A DNA stretch of 64,000 nucleotides from Puccinia triticina (taxonomy: Eukaryota): positions 5,332,001 through 5,396,000 of the forward strand of contig CP110439.1 in NCBI GenBank assembly GCA_026914245.1, given 5' to 3'. The position numbers and the translations under genes were made by a program. The notes beneath the pieces are model-generated. The model made no database searches and had not been told where the DNA came from. It was given only the letters and a program-made list of their open reading frames with translations. Positions 36,200 to 49,779 of this stretch are shown one piece after another (the stretch's first letter is position 1; each line of letters opens with the position of its first letter).

Positions 36200-39100
36200 A
36201 TGTCCTCCGACGAACTGACCGACCTTCCCAAGATCAAAGCCGCTGCCAAACCCAAGACCAAGACCGCTAGCGAAACATACCAAAAGGTGCCCGCCATCCT
36301 CATCTCCGAATCGCTGGGAGAGCTTGCTCACCCTTTCCTTTGTTTTCTAGTTATCTCAATTGGAACATGTCCTCAAGAGGCCCGACACGTATATCGGGAG
36401 CGTCGAGCCCATTCGACAGTTCATGTGGATTTTCGATAAAGAGAAGAAAATGATGGTCAACAAGGAGATCTCCTTCGTGCCCGGACTCTACAAGATCGTC
36501 GACGAAATCCTGGTCAACGCAGCTGATAACAAGGTACGCGCTCGCAAACAAGCTGGCGGCCCACTTCTCTCGTCTCTCAGCTTCAAACCTGGTGACCGTC
36601 ATGATCCCCTGTCTCTCATAGCAACGTGACGATAGCATGGATACCCTCAAAGTAACTATTGACTGCGAGAAGAACATCATCTCTGTTATGAATAATGGAA
36701 AAGGGATTCCCATTGAGGTAAAAACTCCGCGTCCACTACTTGACGAAATTCGACATAGCTAAAACTGAACGGCGTTGTACTTCAGATCCACGAGACTGAA
36801 AAGATTTACATACCTGAGCTCATTTTTGGACATCTTCTGGCTGGAAGTAACTTCGACGACGACGAGAAAAAGACAACGGGTGGTAGGAATGGTTATGGAG
36901 CGAGTAAGTGTTCTGGTCGCGTCAAAAGCTAATATCAGAGTCTCACATTATCAAACCGTGTTGTGTAGAGCTTGCGAACATTTATTCGACTGAGTTTGTT
37001 GTGGAAGCTGCCGACAAACAAACTGCGAAAAAGTACAAGCAGGTTTTTAAAAAGTAAGCTACTCCTTCTGTCGCGCGTCGATTGAGCGCTCAAACTCACT
37101 GCACGCCTTGATTGCAGCAACATGTCGGTCAAAGAGAAGCCGAAGATCACTGAAAATAAGAAGGGAGAAGAATATACCAAGATCTCGTTCAAGCCCGACC
37201 TCGTCAAATTCAATCTACCGGCTGAAAATGGGCTTGCAGGAGATATGGAGGCCCTAATAAGTAAGCGTGTTTACGATATGGCCGGGACTCTGAGGAACGT
37301 GAAAGTCTGGTTGAACGACGAGAGAATCAAGCTCCCGGGATTCAAGAAATACGTGGAGATGTATACCAGCGGAGTCAATGAAGTATGTTCTGCTATTGCC
37401 GTTTATCTGCTCTCCTTCAAATGACTCTAAACACGTTCCCCTTTTCTTCCCTCAGGCCGCCAAATCCTCAACGAAAGGCGAGGCTCCCGGATCCCCCGGC
37501 AATGCTGCAAACAAAACGCCGATCATATACGAGGAATGTGGCAAGCGATGGGAGATTGCGTTTACTCCCTCAGATGGACAATTCCAACAAGTCTCGTTTT
37601 GTAACTCCATCGCAACCACCAAGGGTGGGACTCATGTGGAACATGTCGTCAAGCAACTAGTCGAGAAAATCATCGAATCCGTCAACAAGAAGAAAGCCAA
37701 ACTGACTCTCAAACCGTATCAAGTCCGGAATCACATCTGGGTCTTCGTCAATTGTTTGATCGAAAATCCGGCTTTTGACAGCCAGACAAAGGAGAACATG
37801 ACTCTGTCAATGAGCAAGTTCGGCAGCAAGTGTGTGATGACCGACGAGTTCATGAAAAAAGGTCAGTCAATCTGACATTGTCTCAACGTTTTTCTCATCT
37901 TGGCTGACTTTGTTGACTGGTGCCAAAAAAAAAAGTCATGAAATCCGGCGTGATCGACAGTGTCATGGACTTTGCTAAATTCAAAGAAGAAGCCGCGCTT
38001 AAGAAGACCGATGGGTCCAAGCGTTCCCGGATCACCGGTATCGTCAAGCTAGAAGATGCCAACAATGCTGGGACCAAAAAGGCGGCAGATTGCACGCTGA
38101 TCCTGACTGAAGGAGACTCAGCCAAATCCCTGGCTGTTGCCGGGCTCTCCGTCATCGGACGCGACAACTACGGCGTCTTCCCTCTGCGGGGCAAACTGCT
38201 CAACGTCCGTGAGGCCAGTGGCGCGCAACTCTTGTCGAATGCGGAAATCCAGCATATCAAACAAATCATGGGGCTTCAGCAAGGCAAGAAATACGCCAGC
38301 CGCGATTCGCTTCGGTACGGTAGCTTGATGATCATGACCGATCAGGTCAGTCCTCCCATGATAATCGCTCGTCAACGATACATCCCTCCTCCCAACGTAT
38401 TCATCCTTTCCCCTCTCCCCCTATAGGATCACGATGGCTCCCACATCAAAGGCTTGATCATCAACTTTCTCGACTATTTCTTCCCTTCTCTGTTGGAAAT
38501 TCCCGGCTTCCTCGTCGAATTTATCACGCCAATCGTGAAGGTCACGAAAAAGAAAGAGGAGATTTCTTTCTTCACGATGCCCGAGTTCGAGAAATGGAAA
38601 GAAGAGAACGACGGCGGACGCGGCTGGACTAGCAAGTACTACAAAGTTGAGCTATTTTTCAATCTTGCTGTGAGATTTAGTGTAGCCGATGACTCAAAGA
38701 ATATGTGGATTCCTCCTTTTCAGGGATTGGGTACAAGTGATGCAAAAGACGCAAAAAAATACTTTAGCCGGATGTCCTCCCACAGAATCAAATTCGCCCC
38801 CACTCAAGAGAATGATCGTAGCTTGATTGATATGGCATTCAACAAGAAGAAGGCTGATGATCGGAAAGAGTGGCTTAGAGGCTTCGAGGTACATGTTCTC
38901 AATCACATATTCCAACGCTTGCAACGCTGAGCAAACGTGGTCCTTTTTTTTTCTCAGCCTGGTACCCATCTCGATCAAAACGTTTCGCAAATTACCTACT
39001 CGGAATTCATCAACAAAGAGCTTATTTTGTTTTCGATGGCCGATAACATTCGTTCGATCCCATCGATGGTAGATGGATTCAAGCCTGGACAGAGGAAAGT

Positions 39101-42100
39101 ATTGTTCGCATGCTTCAAGCGAAAACTGAAGGCAGAAATCAAGGTTGCGCAGTTGGGAGGTTACTGTTCAGAACATTCGGCATACCATCACGGAGAAGCA
39201 AGCTTAACCCAGACGATCGTCGGTCTGGCTCAAAACTTTGTCGGAAGTAACAACATAAATGTCCTTTCGCCAAACGGACAATTCGGTACCCGTGCCTCAG
39301 GTGGTAAAGATGCGGCCTCTGCAAGGTATATTTTTACCAACGTGGAGAAAATCACTCGAGTCATCTTCCCGCCCTCCGATGACAATATTCTGACTTACCT
39401 GACGGACGATGGAACACAAATCGAGCCCGAATGGTACATCCCCGTCCTGCCCATGGTCCTCGTCAACGGTTCCAGCGGGATCGGAACCGGATGGAGCTCA
39501 GATATTCCGAATTACAATCCAGTCGACATCGTCAATAACTTACGCCGTCGCCTGGCGGACGAACCGATGGAACCCATGGACCCATGGTTCAGGGGTTTCA
39601 CTGGCCAAATCCTCCCAGAAGCTCCCGGTAAATATAAGGTCCTGGGTGAATGGGACCAGCCTGATGAGGATACTCTCGAAATTACCGAGCTGCCCATCCG
39701 CGTTTGGAATCAATCTTACAAAGAACAGATCGAAGCATGGATCAATTCGACTGAGAAGATTCCTGCATTGGTCAAGGTTTGTGCTTTTATTCGGTGGTCA
39801 CGGCGCTCAATGTCCAATCTACTCATGTGGCCGATCTTTTCTTGGTGATTTTGGTTCAGGATTATCGGGAATACCACACCGAGACAACGGTGCATTTCAT
39901 CATCTCATTAACTGAGAAAGGAAAAGAAGCTATTAAGAAAGAAGGCGCCGAGAAAGTGTTCAAGCTATCGGGCAGTCTATCGATCAACAATATGGTCTGC
40001 TTTGATCCACTTGGGAAGATCAAGAAATACGCCACCCCTGAACAAATCTTGGACGACTTCTTCGATGTCCGATTGGCTTGTTACCAAAAGCGAAAAGTAA
40101 TTGTTCTTTTTTATCACAGAGAGCGATGGTTGTCCTATATCTGACGGTTCCCCTACACCCTTTTCAATCTTACCCACAATCTAGGAATATCTCGTCAATG
40201 ATCTTACACTGACGTACGAAAGACTGTCGAATCAAGCGAGATTTGTGCTGATGATTATCGAAAAGAAGCTTATTGTCAACAACCGAAAGAAAGCTGATAT
40301 CGTAGCTGAATTACGAAAGCTGGAGTTCCGGCCGTTCCCCATGAAGCCCAAAGTCAAGACGGCTGGGGATCCCGACCAAGCAGATGAAGAGGGCGCCGAA
40401 GAAGAAGTTGCTGATGTCGGTGCGGCAGGCACCGCGGGTGATTTTGATTATCTCTTGGGAATGGGTTCGTCGATATTTCCATCGGCTCCCTCTTATCTTT
40501 CTGGTTGCTCATTTTGGTATCCCTCTGCAATAAAAAAACAAACAGCCATCTCTCGTCTGACGGCCGAGCAAGTCGCCAAGCTCTTGGCAGAACGAGACGA
40601 CAAGGAGAAGGAATTGCAGATCTTGCTCGAGAAAACTGCAAAAGACTTATGGCATGCCGATCTAGATACTTTTGAGCAAGAGTGGAGGGTCAGTCGAAAA
40701 AAATATACTCCTCTTGGCTAATTGACTTTGGCTTGAAGGTTAACTCGGTTATCATTTTAATTTGTAGCGCATCATGACTTCTGATGTTGATTCCCGTCGA
40801 GCAAGTGTCAAGAAAGTGAAACCCCTTGGATTCAAACCCTCTGCCGCAGCCAAGGGCAAAGGGAAGAAACCAGCAGTTCGTATCTTTCAATGACCTGGAA
40901 CAACTAAACTCGAGAGTTTCTGACAAGCGGTGATCTACTTTCATAACCATTCCGATTCCATAGGCTAAAGCTGAACTTGATAGCGATGGAGAAGAGATTT
41001 ACAAGCCAAGTATCGATAAGAAACCGGCCAAACCGAAAGCGGGAACTCAATCCAAGCTAAACTTCAAGCCTGCCGTCGGAACTTCTGCTTCGGCCGCTGA
41101 ACCCAAGCCCGAGTCAACTGAAGATTCCAAAGCCAGCAAGCCCAGTGGATCTGGTAAAACCACGGCGGCGTCCAAAAAAGTCAAACGGGATGCGTCTGAG
41201 CTGAGCGATGATGAAAAGCAAGCTCCCAAGGCTCCGGCCAAGAAGAAGAAAGCGGTATGGGGTTTTTTCTCGGGCTTAATCCACACCGTATGTAGGATCA
41301 GCCATTAAGACTAACTAATCTGTTTATTGACTTAGGCACCTATCAAATCAGACGACGATAGTGAAGACGATTTCGAAATCAAAGTCAAGTCCAAGGTTAC
41401 TAAGCCAGTCAAATCGGCAGCCAACGCCAGTCAAGGGAGCAAAGAAGACGAGGAAGAAGACAAGCCAAAGAAGCAGCCGGCCTCGAAGACGACCACCACC
41501 AAGAAGCTCAACCCGTCAAAGCCAGCGTCTAGCGCGAAGGCCACAAAAGCCAAACCGACAAACCCGAAGAAGCGAGGCAAAAAGATCTCAGATGATGATG
41601 GCAGTAGTGATTCAGACATCCGCAAACTTGCTTTAAATGACGACGATGACGAGGACGACGATGACGATGACGATGACGACTCGGTGGTCATTGCTAAACC
41701 GAAGAAGAAAGCCGCCCCGGCCGCCAAGAAAAGAGTTGTGTCTGGCGCCTCGACTGCCGCTTCTAAGAAATCGTCCAGTAGTAAAGCTGCTCGGAAGGAC
41801 GATGATGAGGACGTTGATATGGAGGAGCAGAACGAGGATGAGGAGGATGACTCGATGGTCATTGCTAAGCCGAAGAAGAAAGCCGCCCCGGCCTCCAAAA
41901 AAGGAGCCGGCTCCGGCGCCTCAACCGCTGCCCCTAAGAAGCCATCCGGTAGTAAAGCTGCTCGGAAGGACGACGATGAGGACGTTGATATGGAGGAGCA
42001 GAGCGAGGGTGAGGAGGATGACTCGATGGTCATCGCTAAGCCGACGAAGAAAGCCGCCCCGGCCGCCAAGAAAAGAGTCGTGTCTGGCGCCTCGACTGCC

Positions 42101-42447
42101 GCTTCTAAGAAGCCATCCAGTAGTAAGCCTGCTCCGAAGGACGACGATGGGGACGATGATGATGACGAGGTGGATGCTCCGATCCGTCGCCCGGCTAGGT
42201 AAGTTGACCTCCCCCTCCCTTTCCTTTCTCCTGTGATTGTGCCGGTGTCCAGACTCGTACTGATGATCTGTTCCTCGTGCTCACTTCCAATCCAACTCTT
42301 ACCCATCCCCTCTCACTCATCAACATCATCTGTTCACATCACAGGGCCACCAAGGCTCGTCCTAAAAGTTACAAGCTGAAAGACCTCAGTTCTGAGGACG
42401 ATGACGGCGACGACGATGGGAGCCAATTCGAGGAAGGCGATGATTGA
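36200..42447 (+). CDS. TOP2: DNA topoisomerase II, multi-intron
   Basis: EHVLKRPDTYIGS, GLYKIVDEILVNAADNK, GGRNGYGAKL, LILTEGDSA, FPLRGKLLNV, IMTDQD, DGFKPGQRK, AYHHGE, GGKDAASARYIFT; Lys/acidic C-terminal domain ending FEEGDD*. Confidence 0.98.
41678..42160 (+). repeat. 171-bp (57-aa) in-frame tandem repeat, ~3 copies, in the TOP2 C-terminal domain
   Basis: Units start at 41678, 41849 and 42020 (DSxVIAKP...). Confidence 0.92.
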
Positions 42448-45400
42448 TGGATCTCACAATCAGGCTCTTCCATCTTTATTTTTGGGTTTCTTCTCTTTTT
42501 TTTAACTAACTACACAAGAGGATTAGGATTTGCTTAGGTTGTTATAGGATTGCACATCCAGAATATTGCTATTCCATTCATATTCAGATACATGTATGTC
42601 ATAATTAACACTGTAACTTGCGGGGTACATACCCAAGCATTTCGCTCCATTCCGGGCCACGCCCAATGGCTATAGCCAAATCAAGAATCATCATGCCCAG
42701 ACCCTACCCGTCGGTTGAGAATTGGGCCGGGTCAGCCCATGGGCAACCCGTGCGGCAGCTCTTGGGCTGGGTCTGGACATGAATTTCCCTTGTTACAATG
42801 CTTCATCAATAAAAATCACTTTGATACCCCCTTTGCCACTACTTTGTACTGCAGCCGTTTCAGTGTTGCTCCCATGACACGCTGCGTGTGGCCCAACGGT
42901 GGCAAGGCAATGAGGGAGAGAACCAATGGGTGTGATTAAATTGGTAAATGGTCTAGTTACAAGATGGTCAACTTGTGGTTGATTGTACATAATTAATATT
43001 GAATATGATAAGATTACCTACAAAGATGAAAGTGCACAAGGAGATATAAGTAACTAGAACAAAACACGGGTTCTATAGATTATAGGGTTGTTGATTAGAC
43101 ATGCATATTGAGAATGATAACAGGCTATAAGCAACAATGGGCCACTACACTACGCTACAGGCCAATTGTCAACTGGCGCTCTCTCGTGGAGAGCAAGTTG
43201 GACAAGATTGAAAGATAATTCTAGATATGAATTACTTTAAAAAGCTAGTTACAATGTATAAGAGCGGAATAGAAAGGAAGTATAACATATAATTCACGTT
43301 TATTTATTTCCACGCTATTATAGCGGTATAGTACTAGTCTATGAAGACTGAATTAGCCGGTAAACCTGGCCTCTTTGATAAAAGGTATCAAAGGAGCGAT
43401 TGAGATATGTTTCAGATTGTGATAGTTTGTACAGTTGCGTGCAGCATTCCACTGTACAAGGTTTTGGGTCGGTCCCAAATGTTGGGGCCCAAAACCTGGA
43501 AAAAATACAGTTTTTTCACATATTTTTGGGCAGCTGGGACATGGTATGGTGTCCCAGCTATGGTTTAGACCCACCAGGCACTCCTGAAAGCACTGCATGA
43601 CAGTTTCTGCCTTCATGTGTGGGCTTAGTGCCCAACCAGGAGGCATAAGTATGGGTTTAGGACCCCATACATATGTACTTATGCCTGTATTTGGAGGTGG
43701 GTCCCAAAATATGGCTGTGAACAAAAAAAAATGAAAATTGGATGGACCAAATTGGTTGCCACTTTAGATTTGGAATCTACACACTCTGTAGACTCCAAAA
43801 ATGTACTCTTTTAGAGTGCTGGACCCTTGACCCAGTCAGGGTTTTCCCCCGCGTAGCCCAACAAGTTTTGCGGGCAGCTCTGTACAGTAGAATGCCGCGC
43901 GCGACTGTAGTTGTCTAGAGAGCATGACAGGTTATTACTATTAAACCCAGAGATTTGATATTCAATATCAATGAAGAGTAGAAAGTGGTATAAAGAAATT
44001 AAAGGGATTCGAAATGGATTTCAATGATCTACCTATGAGTTAGTCAATGACAGTGACTTACAACTAATTGTGTAATCCACGGATGATTTAGTAAGGTCCT
44101 CAAACGCTTATGATTTTGGTGAGTTACTATTCAGTGATACGTTTTAATCAGTCAGCTGGAGTAATCCTAAATGGAAACTTTTCTAAGGAAATCTTACTGT
44201 GATTCTATGATACTAAGGTTAGACCGTTACTAGGTTGTGTTCCACCACAAGCCAGTAAAAATGTAACAGTAATGTTGAGATCAAGTGAGGATTTATTTAG
44301 TGAATTTTCAGGTGTTCTGGTTAGCTCTAGAGAGCGGCTTCCTTCTCTCAATCACAGGAAGCCATCTCTTTACTAGCTGAATCATGCTTAATGGATGTCC
44401 TCATCTTGCCTAACATTTGCTCCTGGGTGGACTCTATTTGGACTGCAGCTCAGTCTTTCTTGTTTGTATTGTTTTTGTTTGTTTTAGGGTAAGCCTAAAT
44501 GCACTCCAAAAAAATCCCAAAAGAACTCCAAAAGTGAGTGTATGGAGTGTGCACTCCAATGATTGTTGGAGTACAGACTAGAGTACTCCAAGTCAATTCA
44601 CCAGGGGGGGATTTGTGGCACTCTCTAGAGAGTGCCAGACTGTATGTTTATCATTCAAATGGTCTGATGTGAGTTCAATGTCAACTGCAACTCTTTGTTT
44701 ATTTATTTTGCCAATGCAAGGGTAACCATAGGTGAAGTTGTTGTGGAATAATCTGTGACTCAATTTCAACACATGAAAATATCTGTGTTGAAATCATCCG
44801 TTTGGTTCATCATGGCCACAATTCTGGATGTGAACTTCAATTTACAACATGTTTTGGCAAAATACAAGTATCCTTGACCAAGTGACAAGGAATTTTTTGC
44901 AGAGCTGAGTTTTTTTTTTCATTAGAAAAACACATAAGATCATATAATGAAGCAGACTTTGGAAATGTAGCAAACGCAAAGGCTAAGCCAAATGGTAGAT
45001 GAATCATTGTGGCCTATTTATACCATGGCTATACCCATATTAAATTGGGAGGAGATTGGTTTGAAATCAAATTTTTATTCTTTAAATAGCAAGCAGTGCC
45101 AAAGCTGGGAAAACTGGTGTAACCTGCCATTTTCCTCCCTGCAATACAAAATGTGAAAGCTACTGGAGCCAGTTCTGCCTACCATTTTACCAAGGAATGA
45201 ATTTTGAAACATTTAAGAAGGGTGAAGTTTGAAGTGCCATCTGCTGTTCATTTGGTACCAATCCATGCAGCTGACATACTTGAATACACATTACACAATT
45301 TTCATCAGTTTACCTCCACCTGACTGAAAAATGCATAGGCTAGAGGCAAGAATAACCAATCTTCTATAGGCAATGGCAGCTAGATTGGTAGATATCAACA

Positions 45401-45677
45401 GGTGCATAAATATTTCAGTGATCCTGCAAGTAGCAAGGGAAAGAACTGAAAACCTGGTCTGAGAAATCTGAGGTGAGAAGTCAATTCTGAAATGCCCATG
45501 GACATCCCAGCATAAGTCACACCTTTTTTACTTGTAGTTTTATCATCTTCAAATCTTTTCCCTGACCGTTCCCATCATTTTTTCCCTACAGTTAGCATTC
45601 CTTCATCATATCTATAATTGTGTCCATGTGTATTGTGCAACAACATCATGTTGATTTTTCTTATCAAATGGTACTTA

Positions 45678-45835
45678 GACCCTGTTTGGATGCACTGGTA
45701 TACATCATAAATAGTGCAAATTTATGACGCACAAACTAAATTTTACCCCACATTGCCACCAAATTTTTAAAGCCCCCTGGGGTCACATCATAAATTCACC
45801 CATTTATGATGTATAATGGTGCATCCAAACAATCC
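45678..45835. mobile_element. Tourist/PIF-Harbinger-like MITE
   Basis: TIR ...TGTTTGGATGCAC / GTGCATCCAAACA...; TTA-type flanks. Confidence 0.7.
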
Positions 45836-45915
45836 TTAAGCAGCACCAGGTGTTGAATAATGCTGATGCATTATGGACATGCTGTTTCCAAACCAATCAA
45901 AGTCATTTGCATTTA

Positions 45916-46092
45916 TGGTGTTCAAAGTTGGTTTGCATAATTTTATGCATGCATAAATCATAAAATCATAAAATCTTTTTTGCAGGGGATATGACTGTCT
46001 GATTATGTAATACAAAATTTCCTCACCAAAATATTTTTATGATTTTATGATTTATGCATGCATAAAAATATGCAAACCAACTTTGAACACCA
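45916..46092. mobile_element. MITE with ~60-bp TIRs and TA flanks (Tc1/mariner-like)
   Basis: tggtgttcaaagttggtttgcata...tatgcaaaccaactttgaacacca. Confidence 0.75.
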
Positions 46093-46529
46093 TAACTGGA
46101 TTGGCAGGAGTTTCATGCATATGCAATGAAAATAATAATAAAAACTTGTGTGCAGGAATTTTCAAGCTGGGCACAAGTCAACTACGGCTGCAGGGGGGAA
46201 ACAGGGATCAGCTCGGTCTCCCCGTGTGTCCCCGGGGGGTTTTGTTTTGTTTGCGATGTCCACCCCCATGTTTGGCCGAACATGAGGGGAGACATTTGCA
46301 AGTGGCTGAACTGCCCAACTTACTACTCGGACAGTCTTGCCCGAGTAGTTTTCGGACCGAGTTCGTCCAAGACTTCCAAAATAAAGACCCAATAGATTGC
46401 TGAAGTAGTCGGACGACATCTGTCCAAGAACTGCTCGGACATGACTGTCCGAGCAGTTGATTGCTGCAGTGATGATCATGTACACAGACTCAACGAACAA
46501 CATGCGCTTTTGTCGAGCTGCTAAAGCCC

Positions 46530-47420
46530 CCACCAAAAGAACAGTCCAGCACATACTGACCATCCAGATGCACTTTTGCAATCTGGGTGGCCAGTATATA
46601 GTGCCCACCGAGCTCGGAAGGGCTGGCCCGATGACCAGCATGTGCTGGTCATCAGGCTAGGGCTTCTCCGACTCAATGGCCAGCATAAGCTGGTCATTGA
46701 GTTGGAAGAGGCCGCGCTTGACAGCCATAATGCCCTGGTCATCTACCCGCGGCCTCTCCAAACTCAAATACAATGACCAGTGCACACTGGTCATCAAGAA
46801 AAGGAAGCCCTAGCCGGATTACCAGCACATGCTGATCATTGATCGGGCCTTTCCAAGCTTGGGAGGCCATATATGTTGGCCACCCAGCTTGCAAAAGAAG
46901 AGCTGAATGGTCAGTATGTAATTTTCATTGCGCCAGTACTTTCCCAGCGCAATGTCCAGTACATACTGGTACTTGAAGCTAGGAAAGGTCCGTCTCAGTG
47001 AACAATATGTATTACTAGTCATCAAACTGGCTTTTTCCCAGCACAGTGACCTGTACTCAAGTGGATGGTGTCTCCACTTGATGGCCTATACACACCAGTT
47101 ACCAAATGGAGAACCCCTCTGCTCAATGGCAGGTACACACCAGTCACTGATTGGAGAATCCTTCAGCTCAATGACCATAAAACCTGGATCATTTAGGGGA
47201 GGATGTCTCCACTTGATGGCTGGCAATCTACATATGGCCATGAATTGGACACACCCTCCACTCAATAGTTGTCCTACATTCATCACATGAAGGGTATCTC
47301 CACTCAATTGCTGTACAACCAGGTCATTGAGTGGAGAGTGTCTCATCTTGATGGCTGATACACACCAGTAAGTGTAAAACTCCAGGGTGTACCAGGCATC
47401 AAGTGAAGGTACCCTCCACT
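46530..47420. repeat. Degenerate palindromic motif array
   Basis: Recurrent tgaccag-x-ctggtca hairpins separated by longer linkers. Confidence 0.65.
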
Positions 47421-47799
47421 GAATTAAAAGTTTGCACACCCTTGATTGGATCAAAGATCAGTCTTAGTTGCAAATAAGATCAAACTCCTTGAAGCCTGCT
47501 CCTTGCATGCTCACACATATGACATCAGCTAGTGTTACCAAAGAAACATACGGTTTGGCACTCCCTAGAGAGTGCCACATATCCCTCCCTGGTGATTGGA
47601 GTGCAGAACCAGGGACTCAAGACTCTTTGGAGTGCACCACAAAGAGCTCCAGTGGCCAGGAAATGTAATGAGTGCCCATGAGTCTCACTCCATCAGATTG
47701 GAGTGCATTCCCCCAGCACTCCATTCCTGATATTTCTCCTCCTCAAAAGGGGAGTGCAGTACTGTGCACTCCAGCCAGAGCTGGAGTGCCTACAACTTC

Positions 47800-49215
47800 A
47801 ACCGGGCTATGTACAAACACACCCCACTTGATCCTCCTGATATCCATGACCGGTACAAACCGGCATTGAGCGGGTTAACATCTCCTCTCAATGACTGGTC
47901 TGTACCGGACCGCCGGTCATTGAGGGAAATCACACCTCTTGATGACCGGTCTGTGCCGGTCTTTGAGGGGAGTAACATCTCCTCTTGATGACTGGTCTGT
48001 GCCGGTCACCGAGGGGACTCACACCTCTTGATGACCGGCGCGGACCGGTCACACCTCCCGATGACCGGCACAGACTGGTCATCAAGGGGACTCACACCTT
48101 GATGATCGGTCACACCGGTCATTGAGGCTAATAACACCTCCTCTCAATGACCGGTCATCACCGGTCATTGAGGGTAATAACACCTCTTGATGACCGGTCA
48201 TCACTGGTCCTCGAGGTGAGTCACATTTGTCGATGACCAGTCAGACTGGTCATCAAGGGGAATAACACCTCCTCTGGATGAACGGTGTGTACCAGTCATT
48301 GAGGGGAGGTGCTACTCTTGATGACCGGCACAGACCAGTCATTGAGGGGACTCACACCTCTCAATGACCAGTGATGACCAGTCATCGAGAGGACTCACAC
48401 CTCCCGATGACTGGCACAGACCGGTCATTGAGAGGACTCACACCAGCTCACACCTCTCGATGACTGGTCAGACCGGTCATCAAGGGTAATAACACTCGAT
48501 GACCGGTGATGACCGTTCATTGAGCTGAGTCACATCTCTCAATGACCAGTCTGTGCCGGTCATCAAGGGGAGTAACATCTCCTCTCAATGACCGGTCATC
48601 AAGAGTAGCACCTCCCCTTGATGACTGGTACACACCGGTCATCAAGAGGTGTTATTACCCTTGATGACCGGTCTGACTGGTCATCAAGAGTAGCACCTCC
48701 CCTTGATGACTGGTACACACCGGTCATCAAGAGGTGTTATTACCCTTGATGACCGGTCTGACTGGTCATCAACAAATGTGACTCACCTCAATGACTGGTG
48801 ATGACCGGTCATCAAGAGGTGCGAGTCCCCTCAATGACCGGTCTGACCGATCATCAAGAGGTGTGAGTCCTCTCAATGACCGGTCAGACCAATCATCGAG
48901 AGGTGTGAGTCCTCTCAATTACTGGTCACCACCGGTCATCAAGAGGTGTGAGTCCTCTCAATGACCGGTCTGTGCCGGTCATTGGGAGGTGTGACTGATG
49001 ACCGGTCCGCGCCGGTCATCAAGAGGTGGGAGTCCCCTCGATGACCGGTAAAGACCGTTCATTGAGAGTAGCACCTACCCTTGTTGACCGGTACACACTG
49101 GTCATCAAGAGGTGTGACTGATGACCGGTCCGCGCCGGTCATCAAGAGGTATGAGTCCTTTGGATGACCGGTCCTGTGAGTCCCCTCAATGACCAGTCCA
49201 GACCGGTCATTGAGA
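47800..49215. repeat. Palindromic array of alternately oriented GATGACCGGT / ACCGGTCATC motifs with global inverted symmetry
   Basis: Linkers read gggactcacacctc in the left half and gaggtgtgagtcc in the right half. Confidence 0.95.
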
Positions 49216-49779
49216 GGTGTGATTGCTGTGGGCACTCCAAAAAAAAGGAGACTTGGAGTGCACCCCAATGCACTCCATTTGGTATTTGCCAGCTGGAGTG
49301 CAAAGCCAAAATCCTTCACTGAAAAGGTGGAGTGCTTGAGCTTGCACTCCATTTTTTTTGGAGTGCATCTAGCTGCACTCCCCTATTTTGGTAAATTTTG
49401 GAGTACCCAGTTGTGTACTCCAATAAACATGGAGTGCTCATCTGGGGACTCGATGTTTTGGGAGTACAAAATCAAGGCACTCCAACTTTTTTGGAGTGCT
49501 GGCCCCCCAAAGCCAAAAATGTGGAGTGCATGAAGTAAAAGTTTGGAGTGCATTGAGGCTGACCCTTGCTTTATTCTATTGGAGTGCTCAGCGCTTTGCT
49601 TAGTTGTAGCGCTTGCACTCAATCTAACATGTTTTACATATTAATCATTTTCACACATTATTCATTATCTACTCCCGCGGTACTAGCACTAGCGCTTCTT
49701 TGCTTCTTCTTTGCTTTGTATTAAACATTTATGTTCTGTTTGAAACCTTTTGGACTTTTTTAAAGTCTTTAAGGTTGAC

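Larger units (their letters stand above)
44599..47594. mobile_element. CACTA-like non-autonomous element with CACCAGG termini and 3-bp TSD ATT, nested in the previous element
   Basis: caccaggggggg atttgtggcactctctagagagtgcca ... tggcactccctagagagtgccacatatccctccctggtg; ATT on both sides. Confidence 0.85.
44487..49565. mobile_element. Non-autonomous TIR transposon (Mutator- or hAT-like) with GGAGTGC/GCACTCC subterminal motifs
   Basis: TIRs GGGTAAGCCTAAATGCACTCCAAA / TTTGGAGTGCATTGAGGCTGACCC; flanks ttgtttta / ttgcttta (7/8 match). Confidence 0.75.

Noticed and set aside
35830..36303. Antisense ORF with a signal-like hydrophobic N-terminus
   Set aside because: The hydrophobic stretch is the reverse complement of Lys/Thr/Pro codons in TOP2 exon 1.
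41431..42306. 291-aa antisense ORF
   Set aside because: Mirror of the low-complexity TOP2 C-terminal repeat.
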